Shown here one piece after another: positions 1 through 8,774 of a stretch of DNA of 64,000 bases (position 1 is the first letter of the stretch; each line of letters starts with the position of its first letter). Position numbers and translations under genes: made by a program. The stretch is from Hadesarchaea archaeon. GTDB taxonomy: Archaea > Hadarchaeota > Hadarchaeia > Hadarchaeales > Hadarchaeaceae. Below the pieces are notes generated by a model that saw only the letters and a list, made by a program, of their open reading frames with translations, was not told the origin of the DNA and ran no database searches. The DNA is taken from assembly GCA_030601675.1 (NCBI GenBank), contig JAUWBN010000001.1, forward strand, positions 11,027-75,026. Reading direction: 5' to 3'.

Positions 1-711
1 ATAACCGGCTGCACGGTCCATCCAAACGTCCAAAGCGGTCTACACGTCGGAATTTCGGAATTCTACGTGAAGAAAGACGCGAAGCTCACTTTCACAATGA
101 TTCACAACTGGGCTCAAAATTTCCATGTCCGTCCCCGAAGTGCGGCTCTCTTGGAAGACGGCGCGACGTTCGTAAGCAATTACGTTTGCATGAAATCTGT
201 GAAGAGCCTCCAGATGTATCCGGTTGCTTATTGCAAGGGAGCAAACTCGAGGATCAGTTTCAACACTATCCTGCACGGGGCCAAAAATTCGTGTTTAGAT
301 GTTGGCTCGAAAGTGGTTCTTCAAGGCAAGGGGAGCAGAGGGGAGGTCATCACTCGAGCTATCGCCACGGAAAACGCGCAGATAAAGGCCCGCGGGCTCT
401 TGGTCGGGGAGCACGAAGACTCACGAGCGCACCTCGAGTGCAGGGGACTTCTGCTATCCGATGAGGCTTCCATCCACGCGATTCCTGAGCTGGTTGGGAA
501 GGTGGAGGGAACCGAGCTTTCGCATGAAGCTGCGGTCGGCAAGATAGCGGAGGAGCAAATCCAGTATTTGATGGCTAGGGGTTTCTCGGAATCTGAGGCC
601 GAGGCGCTGATCATCCGGGGGTTCATGAATGTTGACATCTTTGGCCTCCCCGATGCTCTAAAAGAAGAGATCAAGAAAATGGTCGACGCATCCATTGCTG
701 GAGCTCTTTAA
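1..711 (+). CDS. sufB: SufB/SufD-family Fe-S cluster assembly scaffold (5' end outside window)
   Basis: Frame is open from base 1 (ITGCTVHP...). Motifs AHLECRGLL, IPEL and SHEAAVGKIAEEQIQYLMARG...IIRGF are typical of the SufBD C-terminus. Confidence 0.9.
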   Translation: MTGCTVHPNVQSGLHVGISEFYVKKDAKLTFTMIHNWAQNFHVRPRSAALLEDGATFVSNYVCMKSVKSLQMYPVAYCKGANSRISFNTILHGAKNSCLDVGSKVVLQGKGSRGEVITRAIATENAQIKARGLLVGEHEDSRAHLECRGLLLSDEASIHAIPELVGKVEGTELSHEAAVGKIAEEQIQYLMARGFSESEAEALIIRGFMNVDIFGLPDALKEEIKKMVDASIAGAL

Positions 712-737
712 GACCATTTTTGGTGCCGCGGTGTTAG

Positions 738-811
738 AGCCGGGGGCCGGATTTGAACCGGCAAAAAGCGGATCTGCAGTCCGCCGCCTTTCCAGGTTGG
801 GCCACCCCGGC
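738..811 (-). tRNA. tRNA-Cys(GCA)
   Basis: Reverse complement GCCGGGG...CCCCGGC-T acceptor stem, anticodon arm GCGGA-CT-GCA-GA-TCCGC, T-loop GGTTCAAATCC. U discriminator; CCA not encoded. Confidence 0.95.
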
Positions 812-856
812 ACATCTTTCTTTTATTGAAACATCGATAAAACATCTGTGGTTTAA

Positions 857-1525
857 GTGAAAGGGCGAGTCGTTTGTCTAGTTTCAGGGGGGATCGACTC
901 ACCGGTAGCCTGCGCCTTGGTTGCTCAAAAGTTAGATGTTATACCGCTTTACCTCTGCGTTTACCCCTACACGAGCGAGGAAGCTTTCACGCTCACGATA
1001 AACACCTTGGGGAAACTCAAGAAGGTGACGGGGTTTAAGAAAGCCATCGTCTGCCCATGGAGCAAAATTTTGGACGCGATCACTCACCGACTCAAATACA
1101 GGGAGTACACGTGCCTGATTTGTAGGAGATACATGCTTCAGGCTGCTGAACTCATCTGCGAGCTGGAAGGAGGGAGCGGCATCGTAACGGGTGAGTCGCT
1201 TGGGCAAAAGGCCTCACAGACCCTAAGCAACCTAGCGGCGATTTCAAGGGGGATGGGGGTACCGATCCTGCGCCCGCTACTGGGATTCGACAAGCTCGAA
1301 ATCGAAAGACTCTCGAAGAAGCTTGGGCTCTGGCAAGCGCGCCATGCGGGTGGGTGCAGCGTGTTTCCAAAACGGCCACGAACTAGGGCAAAAGCGAGTG
1401 AAATCGATGAACTCCTCGGACAGCTTGACATTGCTGGGTTAGTGGAAAAATGCGTCAAGGAGCTCGTAGAGGTTCGAACATTTAAGAACCCCCAAGCTCT
1501 CTTTAAAGAGTTCAGGAGCGTTTGA
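857..1525 (+). CDS. ThiI-like PP-loop sulfurtransferase, catalytic domain only (no THUMP domain)
   Basis: SGGIDSPVA PP-loop, TCLICRR, TGESLGQKASQT, ILRPLLGFDK and GCS motifs. Only 222 aa, starting at the PP-loop. Confidence 0.85.
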   Translation: MKGRVVCLVSGGIDSPVACALVAQKLDVIPLYLCVYPYTSEEAFTLTINTLGKLKKVTGFKKAIVCPWSKILDAITHRLKYREYTCLICRRYMLQAAELICELEGGSGIVTGESLGQKASQTLSNLAAISRGMGVPILRPLLGFDKLEIERLSKKLGLWQARHAGGCSVFPKRPRTRAKASEIDELLGQLDIAGLVEKCVKELVEVRTFKNPQALFKEFRSV

Positions 1526-2303
1526 GAACTTCTAGCGCCACTTCCGCAGCTCGTCTTCCCGAGAGTAGCATTCCCCCAAAAATTGGGCCCATGCGCGGTG
1601 AACCAAAGACCGTGTTTGCCGCCATGCCGGTCACGATTAGGCCCGGGTAGATTTCACGCGTGTTGTTCAAAATCTCGGTTTCTCCGACCTCTGCCCACAT
1701 CGGTTTTTCACCCACCACGCCGCCCGTGCTCGTCGGAAACTTGGCGTTGGGCACCTTTCGCTGTACGACGCGTGCTATCGCCGCATCGTGCCCCGTAGCA
1801 TCGATAACGATTTTCGCACTTATCCCAACGGGGTCAACGTGCAGGCCTGCCAGCTCAACAGCTTTCCAATTGACTACAACGCCTGACACACGATCCTCCT
1901 TACGTATCATCACGTCTTCCACCGTGAGCCCAATCATCACGCGTGCCCCAGCATCGGTGGCGGCGGCGGTACACTTGGACACCGCCTCAACCGAATCGGC
2001 CGTGTAATAGCCGGCCTCCGTAGGCTCGAGCTTGACCCCGACCTCTTCCAGCATCCCCTTCGCGGCTTCCTGGATTACCACGCGGGGAAAGAGGATGCCT
2101 CCCCCCCACATGCCGCCGCCAACGTGGAGATTTCGCTCAAATACCGCGACCTTAGCACCCCCCTTTGCCAAGTAGCGGGCAGCGGTTATACCCGAGGCTC
2201 CAGCTCCGGCAATCGCGACATCTAGCTCCGTAACGTCCGCAAAATCGCGCATGAATCGTTTTAGGATGGCAGCCGTGATCTTCGTGTCCTCGATCCCGCC
2301 CAT
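1512..2303 (-). CDS. thi4: Sulfide-dependent adenosine diphosphate thiazole synthase (Thi4, His-type)
   Basis: GAGASG Rossmann motif, GGGMWGGG, LHVDP, DATGHDA and RMGPIFGGMLLSG. Start set at the ATG of MGGIEDTKIT. Confidence 0.93.
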   Translation of the reverse strand: MGGIEDTKITAAILKRFMRDFADVTELDVAIAGAGASGITAARYLAKGGAKVAVFERNLHVGGGMWGGGILFPRVVIQEAAKGMLEEVGVKLEPTEAGYYTADSVEAVSKCTAAATDAGARVMIGLTVEDVMIRKEDRVSGVVVNWKAVELAGLHVDPVGISAKIVIDATGHDAAIARVVQRKVPNAKFPTSTGGVVGEKPMWAEVGETEILNNTREIYPGLIVTGMAANTVFGSPRMGPIFGGMLLSGRRAAEVALEVLKRS

Positions 2304-2353
2304 ATCTGCACCCCAAATCATTCTCACGCAGGCTTATAAACCCCAAATGAGTG

Positions 2354-3148
2354 TTAGGGAAGGTTAGCTCCCCCAGCACGATAGCCCCGGGGGTCAACTT
2401 CCACGAATTCGTAACCAAAACCCTTTAATGCCTCCACGATTTCATTTTCGAGCTCCCGGGCGCGGGGCAGTTCCTCCTTGCCCACCTCAACCCTCGCTAA
2501 CTCGCCGTGATCGCGGACTCGTACGACGCTGAACCCCAGCGAGCGGATGAATTCTTCGCCCCTTGCGATGCGCTCGAGCTTCTTGGGAGATATCTCCTGC
2601 CCGAACGGCACCCTCGAAGCGAGACATGGGTTGGCCGGTTTATCGGCATTTGGCAGGCCATAATTTACCGCCAACTCACGGACCTCTTCCTTCGTCAGAC
2701 CTGCCTCCGCAAGCGGGCTCACCACCCCAAACTCGCGGAGGGCGCGGATGCCCGGCCTGTAATCGGAGAAATCGTCGAAATTAGTCCCATCAAAAATTTT
2801 CTCGAAACCGAACTCCCTGCGGACTCCATCCAATCTTCGGAGCAACTCACATTTACAGTAGTAGCATCGCTCTGGCGGGTTTGCGGCGAAGTTTGGGTCC
2901 TCGAGTTCATTCGTGACGATGGTAATGTGCTTGATGCCGGTGTGCTCGGCAGCTTTCTTGGCCCACTCAACCTCCCCGGGTGGGTATGTCTGGGAGATAG
3001 CGGTGACCGCAACGGCTCGCTCGCCCAACACTTCGTGGGCAACCGCGCAGACGAGCGAGGAGTCGACCCCGCCCGAAAAGGCGATGACCGCGCTCTCGCA
3101 GCCTCGGATAATCGATTTGAGATGCTGGAGTTTCTCGTCGAGTGACAT
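2354..3148 (-). CDS. larE: LarE-family ATP-dependent sulfur transferase
   Basis: AFSGGVDSS PP-loop, RCYYCK, DGTNFDD..DYRPG, PCLASR and VRVRDHG. Confidence 0.9.
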   Translation of the reverse strand: MSLDEKLQHLKSIIRGCESAVIAFSGGVDSSLVCAVAHEVLGERAVAVTAISQTYPPGEVEWAKKAAEHTGIKHITIVTNELEDPNFAANPPERCYYCKCELLRRLDGVRREFGFEKIFDGTNFDDFSDYRPGIRALREFGVVSPLAEAGLTKEEVRELAVNYGLPNADKPANPCLASRVPFGQEISPKKLERIARGEEFIRSLGFSVVRVRDHGELARVEVGKEELPRARELENEIVEALKGFGYEFVEVDPRGYRAGGANLP

Positions 3149-3163
3149 AGCTTGTTACCTTGG

Positions 3164-3241
3164 TGGTGGGCCCGCGGGGATTCGAACCCCGGACCTCCCG
3201 GTTATCAGCCGAGCGCTCCAGCCAAGCTGAGCTACGGGCCC
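3164..3241 (-). tRNA. tRNA-Ile(GAT)
   Basis: Reverse complement GGGCCCGTAGCTCAG...CT-GAT-AA...GGTTCGAATCCCCGCGGGCCCACCA; CCA encoded. Confidence 0.96.
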
Positions 3242-3333
3242 CATTAAGGACTTGGCCGCGTTGCTTAAATTTCTTCTGAGAAAATTAAGAAAGCTATCGC
3301 TAACCAACAAGAACAGCCCCAGAACCTGTCCAT

Positions 3334-3522
3334 CTAATATCGCGGTGGACCTCTTCTCTCCGATCGGTGCTTCTGGAAGCAATCCCTGCAATAAACAGGT
3401 CTGCCCTCGGTCGGCTTGAAGGGAACCTCGCACTCCTTGCCACAGTCGGAGCATGTCACCTTGAACATCTCGCGAGGACCGAAGTCTCTTCTGCCGCCGC
3501 CGAATCTTCCGCCGTATGCCAT
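3334..3522 (-). CDS. Small CxxC-x17-CxxC zinc-ribbon protein
   Basis: PREMFKVTCSDCGKECEVPFKPTEGRPVYCRDC. Start set at MAYGGRF. Confidence 0.85.
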   Translation of the reverse strand: MAYGGRFGGGRRDFGPREMFKVTCSDCGKECEVPFKPTEGRPVYCRDCFQKHRSERRGPPRY

Positions 3523-3753
3523 TTTTCTAACACTCCTTTTTTTCTCGGACACAACCCGAAGAAACGTCCTGAACTGTTTCTCTGACAAGCTTTTCCTTAG
3601 AAAAGCCCGTTGTGTCCTTATTTCAGTGAGTGGGGCGATTTAAATATTGCACGGTTTAGCGGATTTACTCGGCTTCTCTTGTTCTTCGTGTTGGGGCTCA
3701 AGTTGTTCAAGTGGGAAGAGTAGTTTTAAGCTCGACGCCGAAAAATAACTTGG

Positions 3754-3828
3754 GGGCCGGTGGCGAAGTGGTATCGCGCTCGCTTCGCAAGCGAGAGGGC
3801 GCGGGTTCGAGTCCCGCCCGGTCCACCA
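3754..3828 (+). tRNA. tRNA-Ala(CGC)
   Basis: GGGCCGG/CCGGTCC acceptor stem with G3:U70, anticodon arm CTCGC-TT-CGC-AA-GCGAG, GGTTCGAGTCC T-loop, encoded CCA. Confidence 0.95.
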
Positions 3829-3847
3829 CTCAAAAAGGAGGCTGGAA

Positions 3848-4075
3848 ATGCAAGCAATCGTGTACATCCGTACTGACCCGGGAAAGGCACTGGCACTCTT
3901 GGATGAGGTCAAAAAGCTCCCAGGAGTCAAATTTGCCGCTGCGACCGCGGGAAGATTCGATATCGTGGCGCGAATCGAGGCCGCAGACCTGAAGGCGCTT
4001 GGTGATGCCGTCGTGAGCAAGATCCAAGGTATCTCTGGGATCAGGTACACGGAGACCTCGCTTATCGTCGCTTAA
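3848..4075 (+). CDS. Stand-alone Lrp/AsnC ligand-binding (RAM) domain protein
   Basis: 75 aa with TAGRFDIVARIEA and IQGISGIRYTETSLI. No HTH. AGGAGG SD upstream. Confidence 0.85.
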   Translation: MQAIVYIRTDPGKALALLDEVKKLPGVKFAAATAGRFDIVARIEAADLKALGDAVVSKIQGISGIRYTETSLIVA

Positions 4076-4216
4076 GCGAGTTTTATGAAGGGCAAGGGTC
4101 AAGGCTCGGGGGGTCAGCTTGGCGGCCCTAACTCAAAAAACTAGATCGGTCCCGCCAGGAGCACGCTAAAAAGTTAACCCTACTTTGTTTGGACAGGTTT
4201 ATTTTTCCCACCGCAA

Positions 4217-5086
4217 ATGAAAATTGGCGATCCTGTGGTCGAACTCGTATTTCTGGGGTGCGGTGGGGGACGCTACCAGACCGTCGACCAGCACTTCAAG
4301 ACCGGGGGCTTCCGCTTGCACGCGGGGGCCAAAATACACGTTGACCCCGGGCCCGGAGCTCTCTTGCTTTCCCACCAGCACAATCTAGACCCGCTCGCCC
4401 TTGACTGCGTCGTGGCCACCCACTGCCATCCCGACCACTACTGTGACGCCGAAGTGCTGATTGAAGCCATGACTCAACACATGACCCGCAAGCGAGGCGT
4501 CCTTATAGGGAGCGAAAGCGTCCTCAAAGGTGCGGGAAAATTTGGCCCCGCGATCTCTCGCTTTCACCAGGGGAGGCCGGAGAAGGTCGTCCGTCTTCGA
4601 GCTGGCGAAAGTTATGAGCTCGGTGACCTAAAGCTCGAGGCGACACCGACCCAACATGGCGACCCCACGGCGTTTGGGCTGAAGATTCACTCGCAAGAGG
4701 GCACCATAGGCTACACCAACGATACGCAGTACTTTGATGAACTCGCTAAGCACTTCAAGGGCAGCCGGGTTCTAATAGCGAATGTCACGCGCCCGCTGGC
4801 GATGCGAATCCCGTGGCACCTCTGCTCCGACGACCTCATCGCACTCCTGAAGCAGGTAAAACCAGAACTCGCGGTGATGGTCCACATGGGTATGCTTTTC
4901 TTAAAACATCCACCCGAGAAGGAGGCGACGCGGATTAATGCTGCAACCGATGTAAAAACGGTGCCGGGCTACGCCGGACTACGTGTTGACCTTGACAAAG
5001 AAGTGAAATTCAAGCGCCCTGCCAAGCAGCCTAGTTTGGAAGCTTTTGTGCAATTGCCTCCAGAGCGCATCGTTGGGGCGGAATAG
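4217..5086 (+). CDS. Metallo-beta-lactamase-fold hydrolase (archaeal family)
   Basis: FLGCGGGR, VDPGPG, THCHPDH metal motif, YTNDT and MVHMG. Confidence 0.85.
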   Translation: MKIGDPVVELVFLGCGGGRYQTVDQHFKTGGFRLHAGAKIHVDPGPGALLLSHQHNLDPLALDCVVATHCHPDHYCDAEVLIEAMTQHMTRKRGVLIGSESVLKGAGKFGPAISRFHQGRPEKVVRLRAGESYELGDLKLEATPTQHGDPTAFGLKIHSQEGTIGYTNDTQYFDELAKHFKGSRVLIANVTRPLAMRIPWHLCSDDLIALLKQVKPELAVMVHMGMLFLKHPPEKEATRINAATDVKTVPGYAGLRVDLDKEVKFKRPAKQPSLEAFVQLPPERIVGAE

Positions 5087-5156
5087 CCGAATTGCTTTAT
5101 ATCGTTCGACTTAGATTTTGATGAGGCTGTCGAGAAAAGCCAAAGGAGAGTATCAA

Positions 5157-7832
5157 GTGGAAGTGTCAAAGGACTACGACCCGCTCAAAATCGAACCTAG
5201 GTGGCAGAAGCGATGGGAAGAGTTAAGCGTCTATCGTTTTGATCGTAAGGATAAAACAAAACCAACCTATGTTATCGACACCCCTCCGCCGTACCCCAGC
5301 GGAGAGTTCCACATGGGCACCGCCCTGAACTGGACCTATTTCGATATCGTCGCCCGCTACAAGCGAATGCGCGGCTTCAACGTGCTCTTCCCGCAGGGCT
5401 GGGACTGTCACGGTTTGCCGACCGAGGTTCAAGTCGAAAAGCGCTACGGAATCCGCAAGGGCGATCTCCCGCCCGAAAAATTCCGCGAACGCTGCATCAA
5501 GCTGACCGAGGAGAACATCGCCCACATGCGGGAGGAGATGGACTCGCTTGGCTTTTCAATCGACTGGTCCACCGAGTACCGGACGATGGACCCAGATTAC
5601 TACAGGCGAACCCAGCTATCCTTCGTGCAACTCTACAAGCGTGGTTTGATCTATCGGGGTGAGCACCCTGTCAACTGGTGCCCGCGATGCGAAACCGCGA
5701 TCGCCGATGCCGAAGTCGAATACGAAGATCGGGAGGCGACGATAAGCTACATCAAGTTCAAGCTCCACGACGAGGACGGGTACCTTACCATCGCCACCAC
5801 CCGACCCGAGTATCTCCCCGCATGCGTGGTCGTGGCGGTTTACCCCGGGGACAAGCGCTACAAGAAGCATGTTGGAAAAAAGCTCGAGGTGCCCCCGCTC
5901 GGCCAAGTCGTCGGGCTCATCGAGGATCACGAGGTCGACCCCGAGTTCGGCACGGGAGTGGTGATGGTCTGCACCTTCGGCGATAAAACCGATGTGCGCT
6001 GGGTGAAGCGCCACAAGCTTCCCGTGGTCAAGCTCATCGATGAAAAAGGGAACATGAGCGAGGCGGCCGGCAAATACGCTGGGCTGACGCTCGAGGAATG
6101 CAAGCGCGCGATCGTCGGTGACCTCCGCAAGGCAGGCCTGCTCGCGAAGCAGGAGAAGCTGGCTCAAAGCGTCGGGGCGTGCTGGCGATGTGAGACTCCC
6201 GTCGAGATCCTGACGAAGCCGCAGTGGTTCATGCGCGTGCTAGATTTGAAGGACAAGGTGATCGAGGGCGCAAAGCGGGTTCGTTGGGTTCCCGAGCACA
6301 TGCGGCAGAGGTTGATCGACTGGGCCGAATCGATGGACTGGGACTGGGTGATCTCGAGGCAACGTATCTTCGCGACCCCGATTCCGGCTTGGTACTGCAC
6401 GGGCTGCAGGGAGCCTGTCGTCGCCGAGGAGAGACAGCTGCCCGTGAGCCCCGCTAAGGATAAACCACCTGTCAAGCGATGCCCGAAGTGCGGCGGCGAA
6501 AGCTTCGAACCCGAGCGAGATGTGCTCGACACCTGGATGGATAGCTCGATAACGATCGCTGTCCACGCCGGCTGGCCCGAGCTCGATCGACGCCTTTTCC
6601 CAGCGGACCTCCAGCCCAATGGGACCGACATCATCCGCACATGGGACTACTACCTGCTAGTTCGACACCTAGCGCTGCTGGGCGAGGTCCCCTATCGCAC
6701 GGTGCTCGTCAACGGCATGGTCTTTGGTGAGGACGGGCGAAAAATGTCGAAGTCGCTCGGCAACTATGTCGACACGACCATGGCGCGGGGTAAGTACGGT
6801 ACCGATGCCCTCCGTCAGTGGGCGGCGATAGGTGCCTCCACGGGTTCTGACATCCCCTTCAACTGGAAGGACGTCGACTTCGGCCACCGGTTCATGCGCA
6901 AGTTCTGGAACGCCGCGCGTTTCGCCGGACCCCACCTGAACGCGAAAATTGCGGGGCTCGGCCCGAAGAAGCTCAAGTTCAGGCCCGTCGACCGCTGGAT
7001 CCTGAGCCGCCTCAACCGCCTCATCGAGCAGACCACGGGCTGGCTCGAGGACTTCCAATTCAACCGCGCGCTGGGTGCAATCCAGACCTTCGTGTGGCAC
7101 GAGCTCTGCGACATGTACATCGAGGAAGTCAAGCACCGCCTCTACGGCGACGATCCAACCGCCGACGCCGCACGCTACGCGCTTTACCACGTTATGCTGA
7201 CCGCCGCCAAATTGCTCGCCCCCTTCACGCCGCACTTCTCCGAGGAGATTTACCAGACCCACTTCGCCAGGGATTTCCCCTACCCAAGCGTTCACGTCTC
7301 AAGCTGGCCCGAGGTAAACAAGAAGTTTATAGATGAATCAGCCGAGCGATCCGGTGAACTCACGAACCTGATCGTGGGCGCCCTCCGGCAGTTCAAGTCC
7401 GAGCGCAAGATGGCGCTGAGTAGGGAGCTCCCATCGGTCGAGATCTATGCTTCTAGTAGGGATGTGGCAAAGCGGCTCAAGGAGGTGGGGGACGACATCG
7501 CCGGCACCATGCGCGTGGGCAAGCTCAAGATCAAAGTCGGCAAGCCGAAGCTGGCCGAACGCGTGCTCGCGATCGAACCCGAACTGGCAAAGCTGGGGCC
7601 GCGCCTACGCGCAGACGTGAAGCTAATCGTGCAAGCCTTGCGCAAGGCGAAACCAGAGGATCTCGCGAAGCGGCTGGCCAAGGGGAAAATCAAGCTCCGC
7701 GCGGGTGGAAAGCGATTCGAACTCACACCCGAAGATGTGAGGGTGATAAAAGAAACCGCGAGCGCCGAGCGTAAAGTCGGAGTCATCGACATCCAAGAGC
7801 CCGCTCTAACCATTCTGATCGTGTCTTCGTGA
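5157..7832 (+). CDS. valS: Valyl-tRNA synthetase
   Basis: IDTPPPYPSGEFHMG (HIGH-like), GWDCHGLPTE, DWVISRQR and KMSKS. GTG start chosen after AAGGAG. Confidence 0.96.
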   Translation: MEVSKDYDPLKIEPRWQKRWEELSVYRFDRKDKTKPTYVIDTPPPYPSGEFHMGTALNWTYFDIVARYKRMRGFNVLFPQGWDCHGLPTEVQVEKRYGIRKGDLPPEKFRERCIKLTEENIAHMREEMDSLGFSIDWSTEYRTMDPDYYRRTQLSFVQLYKRGLIYRGEHPVNWCPRCETAIADAEVEYEDREATISYIKFKLHDEDGYLTIATTRPEYLPACVVVAVYPGDKRYKKHVGKKLEVPPLGQVVGLIEDHEVDPEFGTGVVMVCTFGDKTDVRWVKRHKLPVVKLIDEKGNMSEAAGKYAGLTLEECKRAIVGDLRKAGLLAKQEKLAQSVGACWRCETPVEILTKPQWFMRVLDLKDKVIEGAKRVRWVPEHMRQRLIDWAESMDWDWVISRQRIFATPIPAWYCTGCREPVVAEERQLPVSPAKDKPPVKRCPKCGGESFEPERDVLDTWMDSSITIAVHAGWPELDRRLFPADLQPNGTDIIRTWDYYLLVRHLALLGEVPYRTVLVNGMVFGEDGRKMSKSLGNYVDTTMARGKYGTDALRQWAAIGASTGSDIPFNWKDVDFGHRFMRKFWNAARFAGPHLNAKIAGLGPKKLKFRPVDRWILSRLNRLIEQTTGWLEDFQFNRALGAIQTFVWHELCDMYIEEVKHRLYGDDPTADAARYALYHVMLTAAKLLAPFTPHFSEEIYQTHFARDFPYPSVHVSSWPEVNKKFIDESAERSGELTNLIVGALRQFKSERKMALSRELPSVEIYASSRDVAKRLKEVGDDIAGTMRVGKLKIKVGKPKLAERVLAIEPELAKLGPRLRADVKLIVQALRKAKPEDLAKRLAKGKIKLRAGGKRFELTPEDVRVIKETASAERKVGVIDIQEPALTILIVSS

Positions 7833-7843
7833 GGCGAGCCTAC

Positions 7844-8029
7844 CTATATGTAAGATGAAACTATGATCGACACGAAGAGCGCGATGATGAGTATCATCAT
7901 GATTAACCTACTACGTGCTACGCGCTTCTGTTGTTTCTTGAAGATGTCCTCGCACGAGGGTGAGCAGAAAAATTTATCGGGCTCAATCGCCTTCCCGCAA
8001 ACAATGCAATGTTTATGATCATCGACCAT
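7844..8029 (-). CDS. DUF2116-like Zn-ribbon membrane protein
   Basis: HKHCIVCGKAI....FCSPSC followed by a C-terminal hydrophobic helix. Confidence 0.8.
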   Translation of the reverse strand: MVDDHKHCIVCGKAIEPDKFFCSPSCEDIFKKQQKRVARSRLIMMILIIALFVSIIVSSYI

Positions 8030-8033
8030 CTTA

Positions 8034-8720
8034 TCATCCTGGCACAATCGTAGTGCCACTATGCTTCGCTCCCCTTAAAATCTCTTGTAAGCGTTTGATC
8101 TCGTGCCTCCCCAGCACAAGCGTTCGGATACCCGTCCGCTGGATGAGCTTCGCGGCCACGGGGTCGATAACTATGCTGACCCCCGGTTCCATTTTTTTGA
8201 CCGCCACCAACTTCATGAGATTCTGCACGGTCATCGTCTCGAGCTTCTTCGCTCTCGGGTCAAGTTTAGGGTCAGCTGTGTAGACCCCACCCACATCCAT
8301 GAAGAAAACCAAAAGTTCGGACTTGCTCGAGCTGGCCAACATCGCGGCGACCGCATCGGTGGTCTGGCCTGGCATTGTGCCGCCCATCACGGGCACCTTG
8401 CCCTTGAGCATCGCCCTGATAGCCGCTTCAAATGTGGTAAAGGGTTCCCGCTCCGCGAGATCGCCGAGGGCGGCAATCAGCAGGCGGGCGTTCAGGCGCG
8501 TGACATCTATGCCTATGAGGTCGCAGTGGGTGCTTGAGGCCTTCAGTTTTCGTGCCACTTGGATGTACTTGCGCGAGGGCCTTCCCCCGCCAGTGACGAC
8601 GAGGATCTCATGCTTTCGCGACTTTAGCGCACGGAGCGCCTGAGCTATCTCTCGAATGCAGCCCACGTCCGGCTCATCCGGTGCCAAGATCGAGCCGCCA
8701 AAGCAAAGCGTCACTCGCAT
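8034..8720 (-). CDS. pyrH: UMP kinase
   Basis: GGSIL, VTGGG, GGTMPGQTTDAVAA and VYTADPK. Confidence 0.93.
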   Translation of the reverse strand: MRVTLCFGGSILAPDEPDVGCIREIAQALRALKSRKHEILVVTGGGRPSRKYIQVARKLKASSTHCDLIGIDVTRLNARLLIAALGDLAEREPFTTFEAAIRAMLKGKVPVMGGTMPGQTTDAVAAMLASSSKSELLVFFMDVGGVYTADPKLDPRAKKLETMTVQNLMKLVAVKKMEPGVSIVIDPVAAKLIQRTGIRTLVLGRHEIKRLQEILRGAKHSGTTIVPG

Positions 8721-8774
8721 CCCATCGCCAAAATAAGTTCGGCGTCATGTTATTAACTCTCGCGGTCGAAATCT

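Noticed and set aside
3161..3167. Genomically encoded CCACCA after tRNA-Ile, resembling a degradation tag
   Set aside because: The acceptor stem is perfectly paired and the extra CCA is most simply trailer sequence removed in processing.
4085..4175. Possible hairpin or sRNA after the small Lrp gene
   Set aside because: Pairing is short and imperfect, with no clear C/D or H/ACA boxes.
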